Virus record (IMG/VR): IMGVR_UViG_3300003323_000334
Coordinates: 1-64,000 of that record
Length of the DNA stretch: 64,000 nucleotides
Strand: one strand, 5' to 3'
From: a virus
Shown here: piece by piece, positions 25,245 to 34,520 of the stretch
Layout of the letters: the number at the start of each line of letters is the position of its first letter
How positions within the stretch are numbered: position 1 is the stretch's first letter
The notes under the pieces: model-generated
What the model saw: the letters and a program-made list of their open reading frames with translations, nothing else
The model's database searches: none
What the model was told of the DNA's origin: nothing
Position numbers and translations under genes: made by a program

Positions 25245-26327
25245 ATGTCTACTGAATTTCGATGCGAATCGTGCAACGAACTGTTCCCGTCAACCCGCTT
25301 ACGCTTCGACCGCAAGAGCGAGCAGTACCTGTGCACCTTCAAATGCTACGCCGATTATACCAGAGCGCCCCGCGTCTCTCGCTCTACAAAGGCGCGATGC
25401 GAGCACTGCGACCGTGAAGTCGATCGCAAGTACATGACCGAGAAGAACGCCGAGCACCTGTGCGTGTCGTGCGCGAGCAAAACTGGCTTGTGCTGGTTCG
25501 CGTGCGCCGTAGTCGGAAACGAAACCAAAATCACTAAAGCTATACGCGACCGCTTCACCGCTGACAACGTCCGAACGAAACTCGGCAAGATCGTCATACC
25601 TAAAGTTCGCGAAGCGAAACGATCCAAAGACCGATACGAAGTGCTCGACCTGAAAGGCGAACCTATCCAAGTCACTGACTGGCGAAGTGGTAAACTCGGC
25701 CCCGCAATAATCAGTGCCGACTCCGAAGAGCAAGCGCTCCACGAAGCCGTTAGATCGTTCGACGGGCGCGAAGAAGCCGTCACCGAAACTAAGCGGGTCA
25801 GAAAGACCATAGACAAGAAACGGCAGACGATCGATCAGACCCGAATTGTGGGTATGCGAAAAGTGGAAGTGGGCTCAGTACGCCTGGTTAAACAAGGAGG
25901 TGAGCTGAAGATCGGCAACACGAAAGCGATGCCCGGGTATCTGCTCGTGCAGGTCGAAAACGATCACGACCTGTTAATGCTGCTGAAGCAAGTCAAAGGG
26001 ATATACTCCGTTCTCCCGTTTACTGAAAAGGCGGACTTCGAGAAATACCAAAAGCTGGAAGAGGAAGGCGAAGTTCCAAAGCCTGCTGTGGTTAACGACG
26101 AGCAGGTCGAGAAGTTCGCAGTCAACCCGAAAACACTCCCTGTTCCGACGAACGTCGCTATAGGCGACGAGGTCAAGATCGTTTCAGGAATGTACGCCAG
26201 CAGTGAGCGTGGCTATGTAGTAGGTATAGTGGGAACGAATGTGGTCCCGCTCGTGCGGGTGCGAATCGTGTTGATGGGGCGCCCCGTCGAAACGAACGTG
26301 TCGATCGCAGACGTTCGCAAAGTGTAA
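25245..26327 (+). CDS. NusG-like transcription factor (NGN + KOW) with N-terminal Cys-rich extension
   Basis: NGN-type segment KAMPGYLLVQVENDHDLLMLLKQVKGIYSVLPF. KOW-type segment IGDEVKIVSGMYASSERGYVVGIV ... RVRIVLMGRPVETNVSIADVRKV. The N-terminus carries CESCN ... CTFKC ... CEHCD ... CVSC. Confidence 0.6.
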   Translation: MSTEFRCESCNELFPSTRLRFDRKSEQYLCTFKCYADYTRAPRVSRSTKARCEHCDREVDRKYMTEKNAEHLCVSCASKTGLCWFACAVVGNETKITKAIRDRFTADNVRTKLGKIVIPKVREAKRSKDRYEVLDLKGEPIQVTDWRSGKLGPAIISADSEEQALHEAVRSFDGREEAVTETKRVRKTIDKKRQTIDQTRIVGMRKVEVGSVRLVKQGGELKIGNTKAMPGYLLVQVENDHDLLMLLKQVKGIYSVLPFTEKADFEKYQKLEEEGEVPKPAVVNDEQVEKFAVNPKTLPVPTNVAIGDEVKIVSGMYASSERGYVVGIVGTNVVPLVRVRIVLMGRPVETNVSIADVRKV

Positions 26328-26358
26328 CCTGACCTATCTTCTCAGAAAGGGGACTACA

Positions 26359-26721
26359 ATGTCGGAAGAATTCCTTCAGAACGAAGTTTTCGAGAAGGTC
26401 TGGAAGAACGCCGTGATCTACGTCGGTTATAAAGGTAAACCGACAAAACGAAAACGGGAAATAGAAGTGTTCCTCTTCAGCCGCTTCGAGCACGAAGGAA
26501 ATAAACTGTTCCTGAACATAGGAGCCGGCTTTGATTTGACCAAAATAGATCAAGAACTCGAACTCCCTCTGGATAAAGAGGAACTTAAACTCATGGTGTC
26601 TACAATGCTTTCTGTGGGAAATCCGGCTCTGTGGTCCATTGACGACATCATGTACTCTTCCGCGGAAGAAGAGATGTCCGCAGACTGCATTAAACGCGGG
26701 CTGACTCGCGTGCGATTTTAA
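26359..26721 (+). CDS. hypothetical protein
   Basis: 120 aa ATG ORF in the same-strand series. Confidence 0.45.
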   Translation: MSEEFLQNEVFEKVWKNAVIYVGYKGKPTKRKREIEVFLFSRFEHEGNKLFLNIGAGFDLTKIDQELELPLDKEELKLMVSTMLSVGNPALWSIDDIMYSSAEEEMSADCIKRGLTRVRF

Positions 26722-26870
26722 CGCTCTGTGCGTGCGTTTTACGCGTCGAAAGCGTCAAGATGTAGACGCACACGTTTTGCGCCCCGTTCGTCGCTTTTAG
26801 ACGTGTTCTGTGCGATTTGGCGCGTGTCGCTTCTGACGCGCCGTCATTCAACGTGAGAGAGTAACTCCTT

Positions 26871-27593
26871 ATGATCGTTTCGAACAAGAAAACCGTGTCG
26901 ATAAAGCACCAGAACAGCAAGAAGCTGGACGAGCGCCAGAAAAACCTGGTTAAGTATCTCGAAGAGAGTGCGGCGACTCACAAAATCGGTCTCAGCGAGT
27001 TCGCAGGTGGGACCGACAAAAAAGGAGACATGGTCGCGATTACGTGGATGACAAATTTGGAACCTGCACCTAAAGTTCAGAAAGGTCGATTCGAACTGAC
27101 GGACAATTGGCGCTGGTCTATAGCACTGGTCATGGACGCAGCACACCGCAGGAAGCTGTCTGCGTTCTTAGGCATCAAATGTGGTAGTACAGGTATTCCC
27201 ATTATGTCATATCCGGCGAGCGAATACAACTCGTCTAAAATGGACGAACAGAGCGTCGCCAACGAATTCTTGATCCGTGTCAAAGCTACACTAGGTGTGG
27301 CGCAAGATCGAATAACCGATCTCAACTTCCTGATGAACCACGGAGACGTATGGTCTGCAATGGCCGACTGGTGCCGACTCGACAGTCGCGGAGAGCGGGA
27401 CGAAAAGTTCCCCTGGCCTAAACTGTGCACGGTGGACAAAATGCTAAACGAGGTGTGCGGTCGAGACGCGATCAGGCCGATAGATGTGCTGTGCATTGGT
27501 CACGCTGCTTTAGGCAGCGACACTTCACCAGTTCGCCAACTAGATACGATGTTCAAACTGGTGAACATATTGCACAGAAAATCGCCGAACTAA
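26871..27593 (+). CDS. hypothetical protein
   Basis: 240 aa ATG ORF preceded by a GAGAGAG leader and an upstream intergenic cassette. Confidence 0.5.
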   Translation: MIVSNKKTVSIKHQNSKKLDERQKNLVKYLEESAATHKIGLSEFAGGTDKKGDMVAITWMTNLEPAPKVQKGRFELTDNWRWSIALVMDAAHRRKLSAFLGIKCGSTGIPIMSYPASEYNSSKMDEQSVANEFLIRVKATLGVAQDRITDLNFLMNHGDVWSAMADWCRLDSRGERDEKFPWPKLCTVDKMLNEVCGRDAIRPIDVLCIGHAALGSDTSPVRQLDTMFKLVNILHRKSPN

Positions 27594-27599
27594 CAGACC

Positions 27600-27627
27600 T
27601 TGACACGCCCGATCGTCCTCATAAAAT
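27600..27627 (+). promoter_or_regulatory. sigma70-type promoter upstream of the phage sigma-factor gene
   Basis: TTGACA (27600-27605), a 16-nt spacer, then TAAAAT (27622-27627). Confidence 0.5.
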
Positions 27628-27662
27628 GTTGACTAAGCTAACCTTGTCGCACGAGTACGTCC

Positions 27663-28217
27663 ATGAGTAAGATTGATCGCTCCATTCCTGCAAATGAGAC
27701 CTACAAAGATCTAGAAAGGTGGGTGAACAAACTGATTCATCAGGCCGCATTCAGATGGCCTAACGTGAACACTGCCGAACTCAGGAGTGCCGCGTATCTC
27801 GGCTACTGCGTCGCATACCAAACGTATGAACCGGATCGCGGAGCTTTCTCGACTTGGGTCGGGTTGAAAGTCAAAACAGCGATGCTGGAGTATGTTCGCG
27901 CACAGATCGCAAAGGCCAAAAAGGTAGAAGCGCTGTTCTCACAACTGGTACCGGATCCGTTTGCGTTCGATACACCGGAACAACCGAAATCGAAATTTCG
28001 AGTTAACGAATGGTTACATCAACTTAGTCCGGACGCTAAGAAAGTGGCGAAGCTCGTGCTGTTCGATCCTCCGATCGACATAAAGCTCCTACTGAAACAG
28101 TTCGGAGAAGACCGGAAAGACGCTTACAGGCGAGCGATCAAAACGTTCCTAACTGAGATTAACTGGAGTCGAGACCGAATCAAGAAAGCGTTCCAAGAAA
28201 TAAAGGAATCTCTATGA
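27663..28217 (+). CDS. sigma-70 family (ECF-like, regions 2 and 4) sigma factor
   Basis: 184 aa. Region-2-like segment AELRSAAYLGYCVAYQTYEPDRGAFSTWVGLKVKTAMLEYVR. A C-terminal helix-turn-helix-like segment is also present. Confidence 0.65.
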   Translation: MSKIDRSIPANETYKDLERWVNKLIHQAAFRWPNVNTAELRSAAYLGYCVAYQTYEPDRGAFSTWVGLKVKTAMLEYVRAQIAKAKKVEALFSQLVPDPFAFDTPEQPKSKFRVNEWLHQLSPDAKKVAKLVLFDPPIDIKLLLKQFGEDRKDAYRRAIKTFLTEINWSRDRIKKAFQEIKESL

Positions 28218-28474
28218 ACGACGACGTGTTCTTCCACATGATCGTAGGAATTTTCATGTTCCTGTTCGTTGCAGGAGCATGGACTGTTTCCGGACTAATT
28301 GCCCACACAGTCGCAAAAATCGAATACGGCGTTGCATGTGCGTTCTGTCGACAATACATCAAGTTAGGAACACAAGGCGGATATTATGATCTAGACAACA
28401 AGAGACTGTATTGCGTCATGTGCTACCGGACTCAACAAAACTTTTCCAAAGAAAGGATTGGAAATGGAAAATGA
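28214..28474 (+). CDS. membrane protein with C-terminal double CxxC motif
   Basis: 86 aa. ATGA overlap with the sigma gene. TM segment FFHMIVGIFMFLFVAGAWTVSGLIA, then CAFC ... CVMC. Confidence 0.5.
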   Translation: MNDDVFFHMIVGIFMFLFVAGAWTVSGLIAHTVAKIEYGVACAFCRQYIKLGTQGGYYDLDNKRLYCVMCYRTQQNFSKERIGNGK

Positions 28475-28670
28475 AATCCGAATCGGGTTAAAACAGGACG
28501 ATTTTCCTAAAAACAAAATCAGGAGCGCGACGTTTCACCCGAAGAAGGACATTTGGTACATTTACACAACGGACGGCTGGTTAGTAATTATTACTGACAA
28601 AGTGGTTACTTCGATCGAAAAGAACAAATCAAAGGCGTTCGAACGGTTCCTAAAAATAGTGTCCAAATAA
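28458..28670 (+). CDS. hypothetical protein
   Basis: 70 aa ATG ORF that overlaps the upstream gene by 17 nt. Confidence 0.4.
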   Translation: MEMENEIRIGLKQDDFPKNKIRSATFHPKKDIWYIYTTDGWLVIITDKVVTSIEKNKSKAFERFLKIVSK

Positions 28671-28682
28671 AGGAGAACTAAG

Positions 28683-29432
28683 GTGGGAGTGCTTCCAGAC
28701 TGGATGATCGAGCGCGACATCAAGATCGAACCATTCGCGCCACAACAACACCGACCTGGTATCATAAGCTACGGAGTAACGAGCTACGGCTATGACACGA
28801 GGCTTGGATACAAATTCAAAGCGTTCATGCCGCGACACCCGTTTTCGATTATCGACCCGAAAAACTTCGATGACCGGATGATGGAGGAAGTTGACCTCAC
28901 TCCGCCCAAAGATCACACCTGTATAGACGAAACTGGAACTGACACGAGGCTGAGTTGCAAAGCCTGTGCATATGACAGCAACAACACGTTCATCGTCATT
29001 CCGCCTAACTCTTTCGTTCTCGGCGAATCGCTCGAACGTTTCTGGATTCCTCGAGACGTTCTGTGCGTAGTAGTAGGCAAGAGCACCTACGCCCGTACCG
29101 GACTGGTCGTCAACGTCACGCCGGGTGAACCTGAGTGGGGCGGTAAGTGGACTATCGAACTGAGCAACACCACGCCATTACCTATGAAGGTGTACGCCGG
29201 AGAAGGCATCATGCAATGCCTGTTCTTCCGAGGAGACGGTGTTTCGCAGAACGCCATCAATGCTATCCAGAAATTGCTTCCTAAACTAAGCATCAGCCAG
29301 GAAGACCAGAATAAAATCTTGACCACGCTAAACGTGAATGTCACCTGTGAAACCAGTTATGCGGACAAGAAAGGTCGTTATCAAAACCAAACCGGATTAA
29401 CTCTTCCGTTCGTAGAAGGAGAAAAGAAGTGA
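28683..29432 (+). CDS. dcd: dCTP deaminase (dUTPase superfamily) with insertions
   Basis: GTG start with an AAGGAG RBS. N-terminus [15 protein letters not shown], then GYDTRLG, and a C-terminal [21 protein letters not shown]. All are typical of Dcd. Confidence 0.8.
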   Translation: MGVLPDWMIERDIKIEPFAPQQHRPGIISYGVTSYGYDTRLGYKFKAFMPRHPFSIIDPKNFDDRMMEEVDLTPPKDHTCIDETGTDTRLSCKACAYDSNNTFIVIPPNSFVLGESLERFWIPRDVLCVVVGKSTYARTGLVVNVTPGEPEWGGKWTIELSNTTPLPMKVYAGEGIMQCLFFRGDGVSQNAINAIQKLLPKLSISQEDQNKILTTLNVNVTCETSYADKKGRYQNQTGLTLPFVEGEKK

Positions 29433-29557
29433 GCCGCAGTGTCTACGATCCTTACGACCCTGAAGACAAACCTGATCCTATGTCAGTAGGATGCGCTTGC
29501 ATATTGGCGTTCATCGTCGTGTTCGTGTTCACCTATCGTATGCTCGGAGATCATTAA
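29429..29557 (+). CDS. possible small membrane peptide
   Basis: GTG 29429 (GTGA overlap with dcd) or ATG 29480. It ends TAATG, overlapping the SNF2 start. The hydrophobic core is [15 protein letters not shown]. Too short for the ORF track. Confidence 0.3.
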   Translation: MSRSVYDPYDPEDKPDPMSVGCACILAFIVVFVFTYRMLGDH

Positions 29558-30972
29558 TGAGGAAAAGAGTCCTCAACGAGCGCCCGTTCAAGTATCAAAT
29601 GATTGGTCCTTGGAAAATCCACCGCTTCAAAGGAGAAGCCCTTCTAGGCGACGAGATGGGTCTAGGCAAGACGTTTCAGGTGCTCATCTACATGCGGATA
29701 TTCATGGACGAAGGTCCGTTTGTGGTTGTATGTCCGAAAACCGCTAAATACGTCTGGCTGAGAGAGGCGTTCGAAAAAGTAGGGATGCGGGTCGAAATTC
29801 TCGACAAGCGAACACCTCCTGAAAACCTGAACAACATTCTGGCCAATCCTAAGAACACCATTTACGTGGTGAACTACGAGATCCTGGGAAAGCTGCACGG
29901 CAGTCAGCGAACTTGGTGTAAGTTTCTTAGAAAACTAAAACCGAAGCTGATCGTAGGTGACGAAGCTCAGTACCTAATAAATCCTCGCGCTCAACGGACC
30001 AAGAACTTCAAAGACCTCAGGAGAAAAATTCCAAAATGCATTTTGGTCACTGGAACTCCTATGGATGACAATCCAAGTGACTTGTGGTCACTATTGAACA
30101 TCCTGAAGCCGAGACTGTTCCCCGGATACATGCCGTTCGTCAAACGGTACTGCAAGGTCAAGATGACCCATTGGGGCCCTAAAGTGTTCGGCGGTCAAAG
30201 ACTGGACGAACTCCACGAAATACTGAAACAGGAGGTGCTGATTCGCAGAACGACGGCACAGGTGCACAAAGACCTGCCGCCGAAAAGACGGGTGGTGATC
30301 CCGATCGATCTGCCTGACATGAAATCGTACCGTGCTGCCGAGAAAGATCTGATCGCCTGGCTGCGAGCGACTAAAAAGGACAAATCGAGCACACGGAAAC
30401 AGGAACGTCAGTCCAAGATGATGTACCTGAAACACATGGTCGGGCAGCTTAAAGTTCCGGTCGTCAAACAATGGATAGACGACTTCCACAAAGAGACGGG
30501 TGAAAAGCTGGTAGTGTTCGGCTATCACAGAGACGTTTTAAAGCCGCTACACCAGCATTACAAGAAACGGTCGGTAATTGTTGACGGCTCGGTGACCGAC
30601 AAGAAACGGGTCCACGCGATCGACACGTTTCTGAACGCCGACAGTTGCGACCTGTTCTTCGGCAACTTGAAAGCGGCGAGCAGTGCTTGGTCGGCTCGTG
30701 GTGTTACTAAATCACTTACCATAGAGCTTTGGTGGAAACCTGCTGTACACAACCAGGCCGAAAAGCGAACGCACGGTGTAGGTCGTGGTCGCAAAGGAGA
30801 AATAAGCACGGCTTACTACCTGATTGCCAAAGGAACGATCGAAGAGAAGTTAATGGCGATTCTGCAAGAACGGCAGCAAATCGTGGACGAGACTTTAGAC
30901 GGTCACATCCGCGAAGACAGTTTTGATGGGTTTGATAAACTGGAAGAAGCTTTACTAAAAGGAGGAATCTGA
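29557..30972 (+). CDS. SNF2-family helicase/ATPase
   Basis: Motif I is LGDEMGLGKT, motif II is GDEAQYL, and motif III is LVTGTPMDDNPSDLWSLLNIL. A C-terminal helicase lobe is present. ATG 29557 ([14 protein letters not shown]) was chosen over the track start at 29491. Confidence 0.8.
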   Translation: MRKRVLNERPFKYQMIGPWKIHRFKGEALLGDEMGLGKTFQVLIYMRIFMDEGPFVVVCPKTAKYVWLREAFEKVGMRVEILDKRTPPENLNNILANPKNTIYVVNYEILGKLHGSQRTWCKFLRKLKPKLIVGDEAQYLINPRAQRTKNFKDLRRKIPKCILVTGTPMDDNPSDLWSLLNILKPRLFPGYMPFVKRYCKVKMTHWGPKVFGGQRLDELHEILKQEVLIRRTTAQVHKDLPPKRRVVIPIDLPDMKSYRAAEKDLIAWLRATKKDKSSTRKQERQSKMMYLKHMVGQLKVPVVKQWIDDFHKETGEKLVVFGYHRDVLKPLHQHYKKRSVIVDGSVTDKKRVHAIDTFLNADSCDLFFGNLKAASSAWSARGVTKSLTIELWWKPAVHNQAEKRTHGVGRGRKGEISTAYYLIAKGTIEEKLMAILQERQQIVDETLDGHIREDSFDGFDKLEEALLKGGI

Positions 30973-31214
30973 TGCCGAAGTCGAAGCTCAACAAGAAAAA
31001 GAAGATCGACGTGCCCGAGTGCGCGATCTACCTGAGACACATTCCTCAATGGCTACGAGCCGAGTTCAAAGCGGCCTGCGCCATTAGAGGAGGCAGCATG
31101 CGCAAGGTGATCATTCGGTTCATGAAGGAGTATTCCGGCGTTTACGGTCCGTCTTACAAATTTCGCACCAGCGAACGCACGAAGTACAACATCAAGAAGA
31201 AGGCTAATATCTAA
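30972..31214 (+). CDS. ribbon-helix-helix-like small DNA-binding protein (candidate)
   Basis: 80 aa. CAIYLRHIPQWLRAEFKAACAIRGGSMRKVIIRFMKEY fits a beta-strand/helix/helix pattern. Both termini are basic. Confidence 0.4.
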   Translation: MPKSKLNKKKKIDVPECAIYLRHIPQWLRAEFKAACAIRGGSMRKVIIRFMKEYSGVYGPSYKFRTSERTKYNIKKKANI

Positions 31215-31238
31215 CCCGATTAACAACAGCCCAAAACA

Positions 31239-32129
31239 ATGACCTTCATCGAGTTACTGGAGGAACTCAATGTCCCTTTCCGAAGACACGGAGAGCATCA
31301 CCACGCTACCGCCGGATTCGTCAACATCGACTGCCCGTTCTGCTCTCCAGGATGGAATAAGTTTAGACTCGGTTACAGCCTTAGAAGCGGATACTTCTCG
31401 TGCTGGGTATGCGGAAGTGTCCGAACATCAGAGGTACTTAAATCACTATTTCAGGACGTACACAAAGAACGGCAAAGGGAACTTAGATCCCGCATTGGCC
31501 GAAATCTTCGATTTGACTCCGAATGGGCCGATACCGGAGGAGCAAAACTCCGAGGAAGGCTAGTTTTGCCGGATAAACTCGGTCCACTAAAAGAGCCTCA
31601 CAAAGCGTTCATCCGCAGAAAAAAACTAGACCCTGAAGAGATAGAAGCCGTTTGGAAGATTCAGGGCATCGCCCACGCCCCCCAACTGTTTTGGAGGATC
31701 TTCATCCCGATTCACTTAGGGAGTGAAGTCGTGTCCTGGACCACCAGATCGATCAAAGACAGAGCGGAGGTCAGGTATGTGTCAGCTCGTCCGGATCAAG
31801 AACGGATCAATCATAAGGATCTGTTGTACGGAGCCCACCGAGCCGGGAGTGCCGTCTGCGTCGTCGAAGGTCCAACCGACGTTTGGCGGGGTGGCCCAGG
31901 ATTTGTTGCAACAATGGGAACAGCATACCGGGCGCAGCAGGTCAGACGGATCGCAAAATACCCGGTCCGGGCGATCTGGTTCGATTCCGCCGCAATTGAA
32001 CAAGGAGAGGCGCTGGCGGAGGAACTGAAGCTGTTTCCGGGTACCACGTACCTGATAAATTCGGACTATAAAGACCCTGGGAGTGCCCCTATTAAAGAGA
32101 TCCGAGCAGTTAGAAAACTCCTTCGATAA
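31239..32129 (+). CDS. DNA primase (zinc-binding + TOPRIM)
   Basis: Zinc motif CPFCSPGWNKFRLGYSLRSGYFSCWVCG and TOPRIM-type VCVVEGPTDVWR ... WFDSAAIEQGE. Confidence 0.65.
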   Translation: MTFIELLEELNVPFRRHGEHHHATAGFVNIDCPFCSPGWNKFRLGYSLRSGYFSCWVCGSVRTSEVLKSLFQDVHKERQRELRSRIGRNLRFDSEWADTGGAKLRGRLVLPDKLGPLKEPHKAFIRRKKLDPEEIEAVWKIQGIAHAPQLFWRIFIPIHLGSEVVSWTTRSIKDRAEVRYVSARPDQERINHKDLLYGAHRAGSAVCVVEGPTDVWRGGPGFVATMGTAYRAQQVRRIAKYPVRAIWFDSAAIEQGEALAEELKLFPGTTYLINSDYKDPGSAPIKEIRAVRKLLR

Positions 32130-32370
32130 AGCTCGCCTTTGACGTTCTGTTATCGCAATCGCACTTTCTGACGTTGAGAGCACTAAATGCGAAAATAACG
32201 GCGGACAGTGCGATTTGGCGCTAAGTCCTCGGCGCTCGTGCAGATAATAGATGTGACGTTTCGACACGTCAGCGTGGGATAGACCGGAAGTAGCTAGCCG
32301 GTTGACAAGAGTTTGAGAGGGCTTTTCCCACGCCCTATTTTCTCTCGCTGACCTCTTGTACCAGGAAAAC

Positions 32371-33657
32371 ATGAAACCTCTACCGCCTGTTAAAGACATC
32401 CAACAATCCAACTTTCTAGACAAATTCCACGCCGATCATCTCGAAATACCGATTGAGGCTTTAAAACTATTTTGGGATACTCGAATAACACTTACCGAAG
32501 TTTTACTGGTATCTTTCGTCAATATGTTGGTCAACGTAAACAGAAATGAAGGATGCTACGCCTCAAATAAACGACTGGCATTACACGCGATGGCCAGAAA
32601 TCCAAAAAAAGTGTCGAGCATGATTTCCAAACTCAAACGGCTTGGTCTAATTAGAGAGGTTGGATATAAAGTAACAAAATTCGGAAGAATTCGAGTGTTG
32701 GACACTAAATGGAGACCGATTGGGGGGGTTATCTTAAAGGATAACCGGGGGGTTATCTTAAAGGATAACCCATACTCTTCTTCACTTCGTTCAGAAGAAC
32801 TACATAGTATTACCGACCCTGCTCCGCAGGGATCGGGAGAACTGATGACACCAAGTAAAGGAGATAATGAAATGTCCACCAAACATGGATTTAATGTGCG
32901 CCTCGGTATGAATACCGATAATAAAATCGCCAAGATGGATTTAATGTGCGCTCACCAATTGAGGCGCGCAGTGATATCCAATTCTGGCGCTCAAACGTAC
33001 TCACACCAACCAAATAAATGGGCTAATGAATTTAAAATACTCCGGAGTAGACGCCATATCGGAGACATTTGTTCCGTTTTAGATTGGTTGGAAGAAAACG
33101 CGAAGTCGCTCCGCGACGAGCGTGTCTTCTTCCCAAAAAACGCTAAAGTGTTCCGGCAGCATTTCGATTCCCTTTTGGAGCGCATGAACAAAGATCCGAA
33201 AAGAATCCAAGTCACGTTCGAAGCCGAACAGCACGCGCTCGCGCTAAAATTACTCCAATGGCCGAAGGGAGCGGCGGAGCAGCTCCCGCAGGCGGTACAA
33301 ATAACGCTCGAAAATTTCCAGCAACTGTGGCGCAGGCTTAAAGACTACACCACAGATAATCCGGAACTAATCATCCAAGGTAAAAAGGTGACATACGCCG
33401 AGCCGCACGTCAAGCTCGCCCACCAAATCATTCAGGTGATCATTCCTGGTAGTAGAACGTTAGACTGGTTTCATTCGTTGTACGCCCGCGTAAAAGATTG
33501 GAAAGATTGGTCAGGGAATATAATATCGGGAGCTTGGCACGGTGAACTTCTGTCCAAACAGTTCAAAAAGTTCATCATGCCTTTTGTGATCAGGCACGTT
33601 CCGGCGAAAGACGCAGATCGAACCTGGAGTACGCTCGCAAAGGAGGTCGAATCATGA
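32371..33657 (+). CDS. replication-initiator-like winged-helix protein (candidate)
   Basis: ATG 32371 (MKPLPPVKD) has an AGGAAA RBS; the track start at 32356 is TTG. wHTH-like segment SNKRLALHAMARNPKKVSSMISKLKRLGLIREVGY. It contains an in-frame 24-nt tandem repeat and lies upstream of the helicase gene. Confidence 0.45.
   Translation: MKPLPPVKDIQQSNFLDKFHADHLEIPIEALKLFWDTRITLTEVLLVSFVNMLVNVNRNEGCYASNKRLALHAMARNPKKVSSMISKLKRLGLIREVGYKVTKFGRIRVLDTKWRPIGGVILKDNRGVILKDNPYSSSLRSEELHSITDPAPQGSGELMTPSKGDNEMSTKHGFNVRLGMNTDNKIAKMDLMCAHQLRRAVISNSGAQTYSHQPNKWANEFKILRSRRHIGDICSVLDWLEENAKSLRDERVFFPKNAKVFRQHFDSLLERMNKDPKRIQVTFEAEQHALALKLLQWPKGAAEQLPQAVQITLENFQQLWRRLKDYTTDNPELIIQGKKVTYAEPHVKLAHQIIQVIIPGSRTLDWFHSLYARVKDWKDWSGNIISGAWHGELLSKQFKKFIMPFVIRHVPAKDADRTWSTLAKEVES
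32723..32770 (+). repeat. perfect 24-nt tandem duplication GGGGGGTTATCTTAAAGGATAACC x2
   Basis: 32723-32746 is identical to 32747-32770. It encodes GVILKDNR/GVILKDNP. Each unit contains a TTATC ... GATAA inverted element. Confidence 0.9.
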
Positions 33658-34520
33658 CCGAGACAGAGTGGGCCAAAATATCGGTCGGCAACGTCAAGAC
33701 CAAAAACGCTTTGAAGTTCAAGGCGAGCTCCCGCTTACAGGTCGTTTTAACTCCTTTTTACAAGTGCCATTGGTTTAGCACTCCGTATTCGGATCCTGAA
33801 AACAAATGTCCGATTTGTGGAGCTAAGCTCCTAATAACCTTAACACCAGGACACTCTACGCCTTCTTCCTTACGCCATTACGTCAACGAGTACGCCAATT
33901 TGATCGAAAGTTATCCGAACCAAGATCAAGTAGGAGAACACGAATATGACGAGGACGAACCTGACGCAGAACTGGACGAAACATTTGTTGTTCCGTACTC
34001 TTCCGTAGAATGCACAGAATGTGGTCTGTTCGCCCACCATACCAATCCGCAACCGATATTCGGTCCAGGAACCTTATACCTCCGAAGAGGGTTGATGTAT
34101 TTTGTCGGACAAGCGACAAACAACTACCAAAACGGTATACTGACTCTCGGTCGATTTCCTCCGTCGTTTACTCCTGAGTTTACGGCGATCCAGGATCAGG
34201 TTATAGATTATACAACCGAAAGCGCCGAACTGTTCGCATACGACGAGTTCCGGAATACATGGTGGAAAGATCACTGGCGTGATGTTCAAGCAAAACCTAT
34301 AAGGGAGATACGTCCTGAAGAACCAACAAGTGATACTCTGCGCCCGTTTTCACTTCCTGCGCGGAATTCACGGCCTAAAAAGCACATTCAAAGAAAGCAG
34401 TGCCATTTGGACGATAACGGTTTTATGGCTTTGTGCGACTGGCTTCAAGACCGCGTAGATATGTTCCCTTTGAACTTCAAAGCCCTGTACACCCAGATTT
34501 ATGGAAAGGCTCCTGAGTAA
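33654..34520 (+). CDS. hypothetical protein (Zn-ribbon motifs), helicase-loader position
   Basis: 288 aa. ATGA overlap upstream and TAATG overlap with the helicase gene downstream. CPICG and CTECG motifs. Confidence 0.45.
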   Translation: MTETEWAKISVGNVKTKNALKFKASSRLQVVLTPFYKCHWFSTPYSDPENKCPICGAKLLITLTPGHSTPSSLRHYVNEYANLIESYPNQDQVGEHEYDEDEPDAELDETFVVPYSSVECTECGLFAHHTNPQPIFGPGTLYLRRGLMYFVGQATNNYQNGILTLGRFPPSFTPEFTAIQDQVIDYTTESAELFAYDEFRNTWWKDHWRDVQAKPIREIRPEEPTSDTLRPFSLPARNSRPKKHIQRKQCHLDDNGFMALCDWLQDRVDMFPLNFKALYTQIYGKAPE

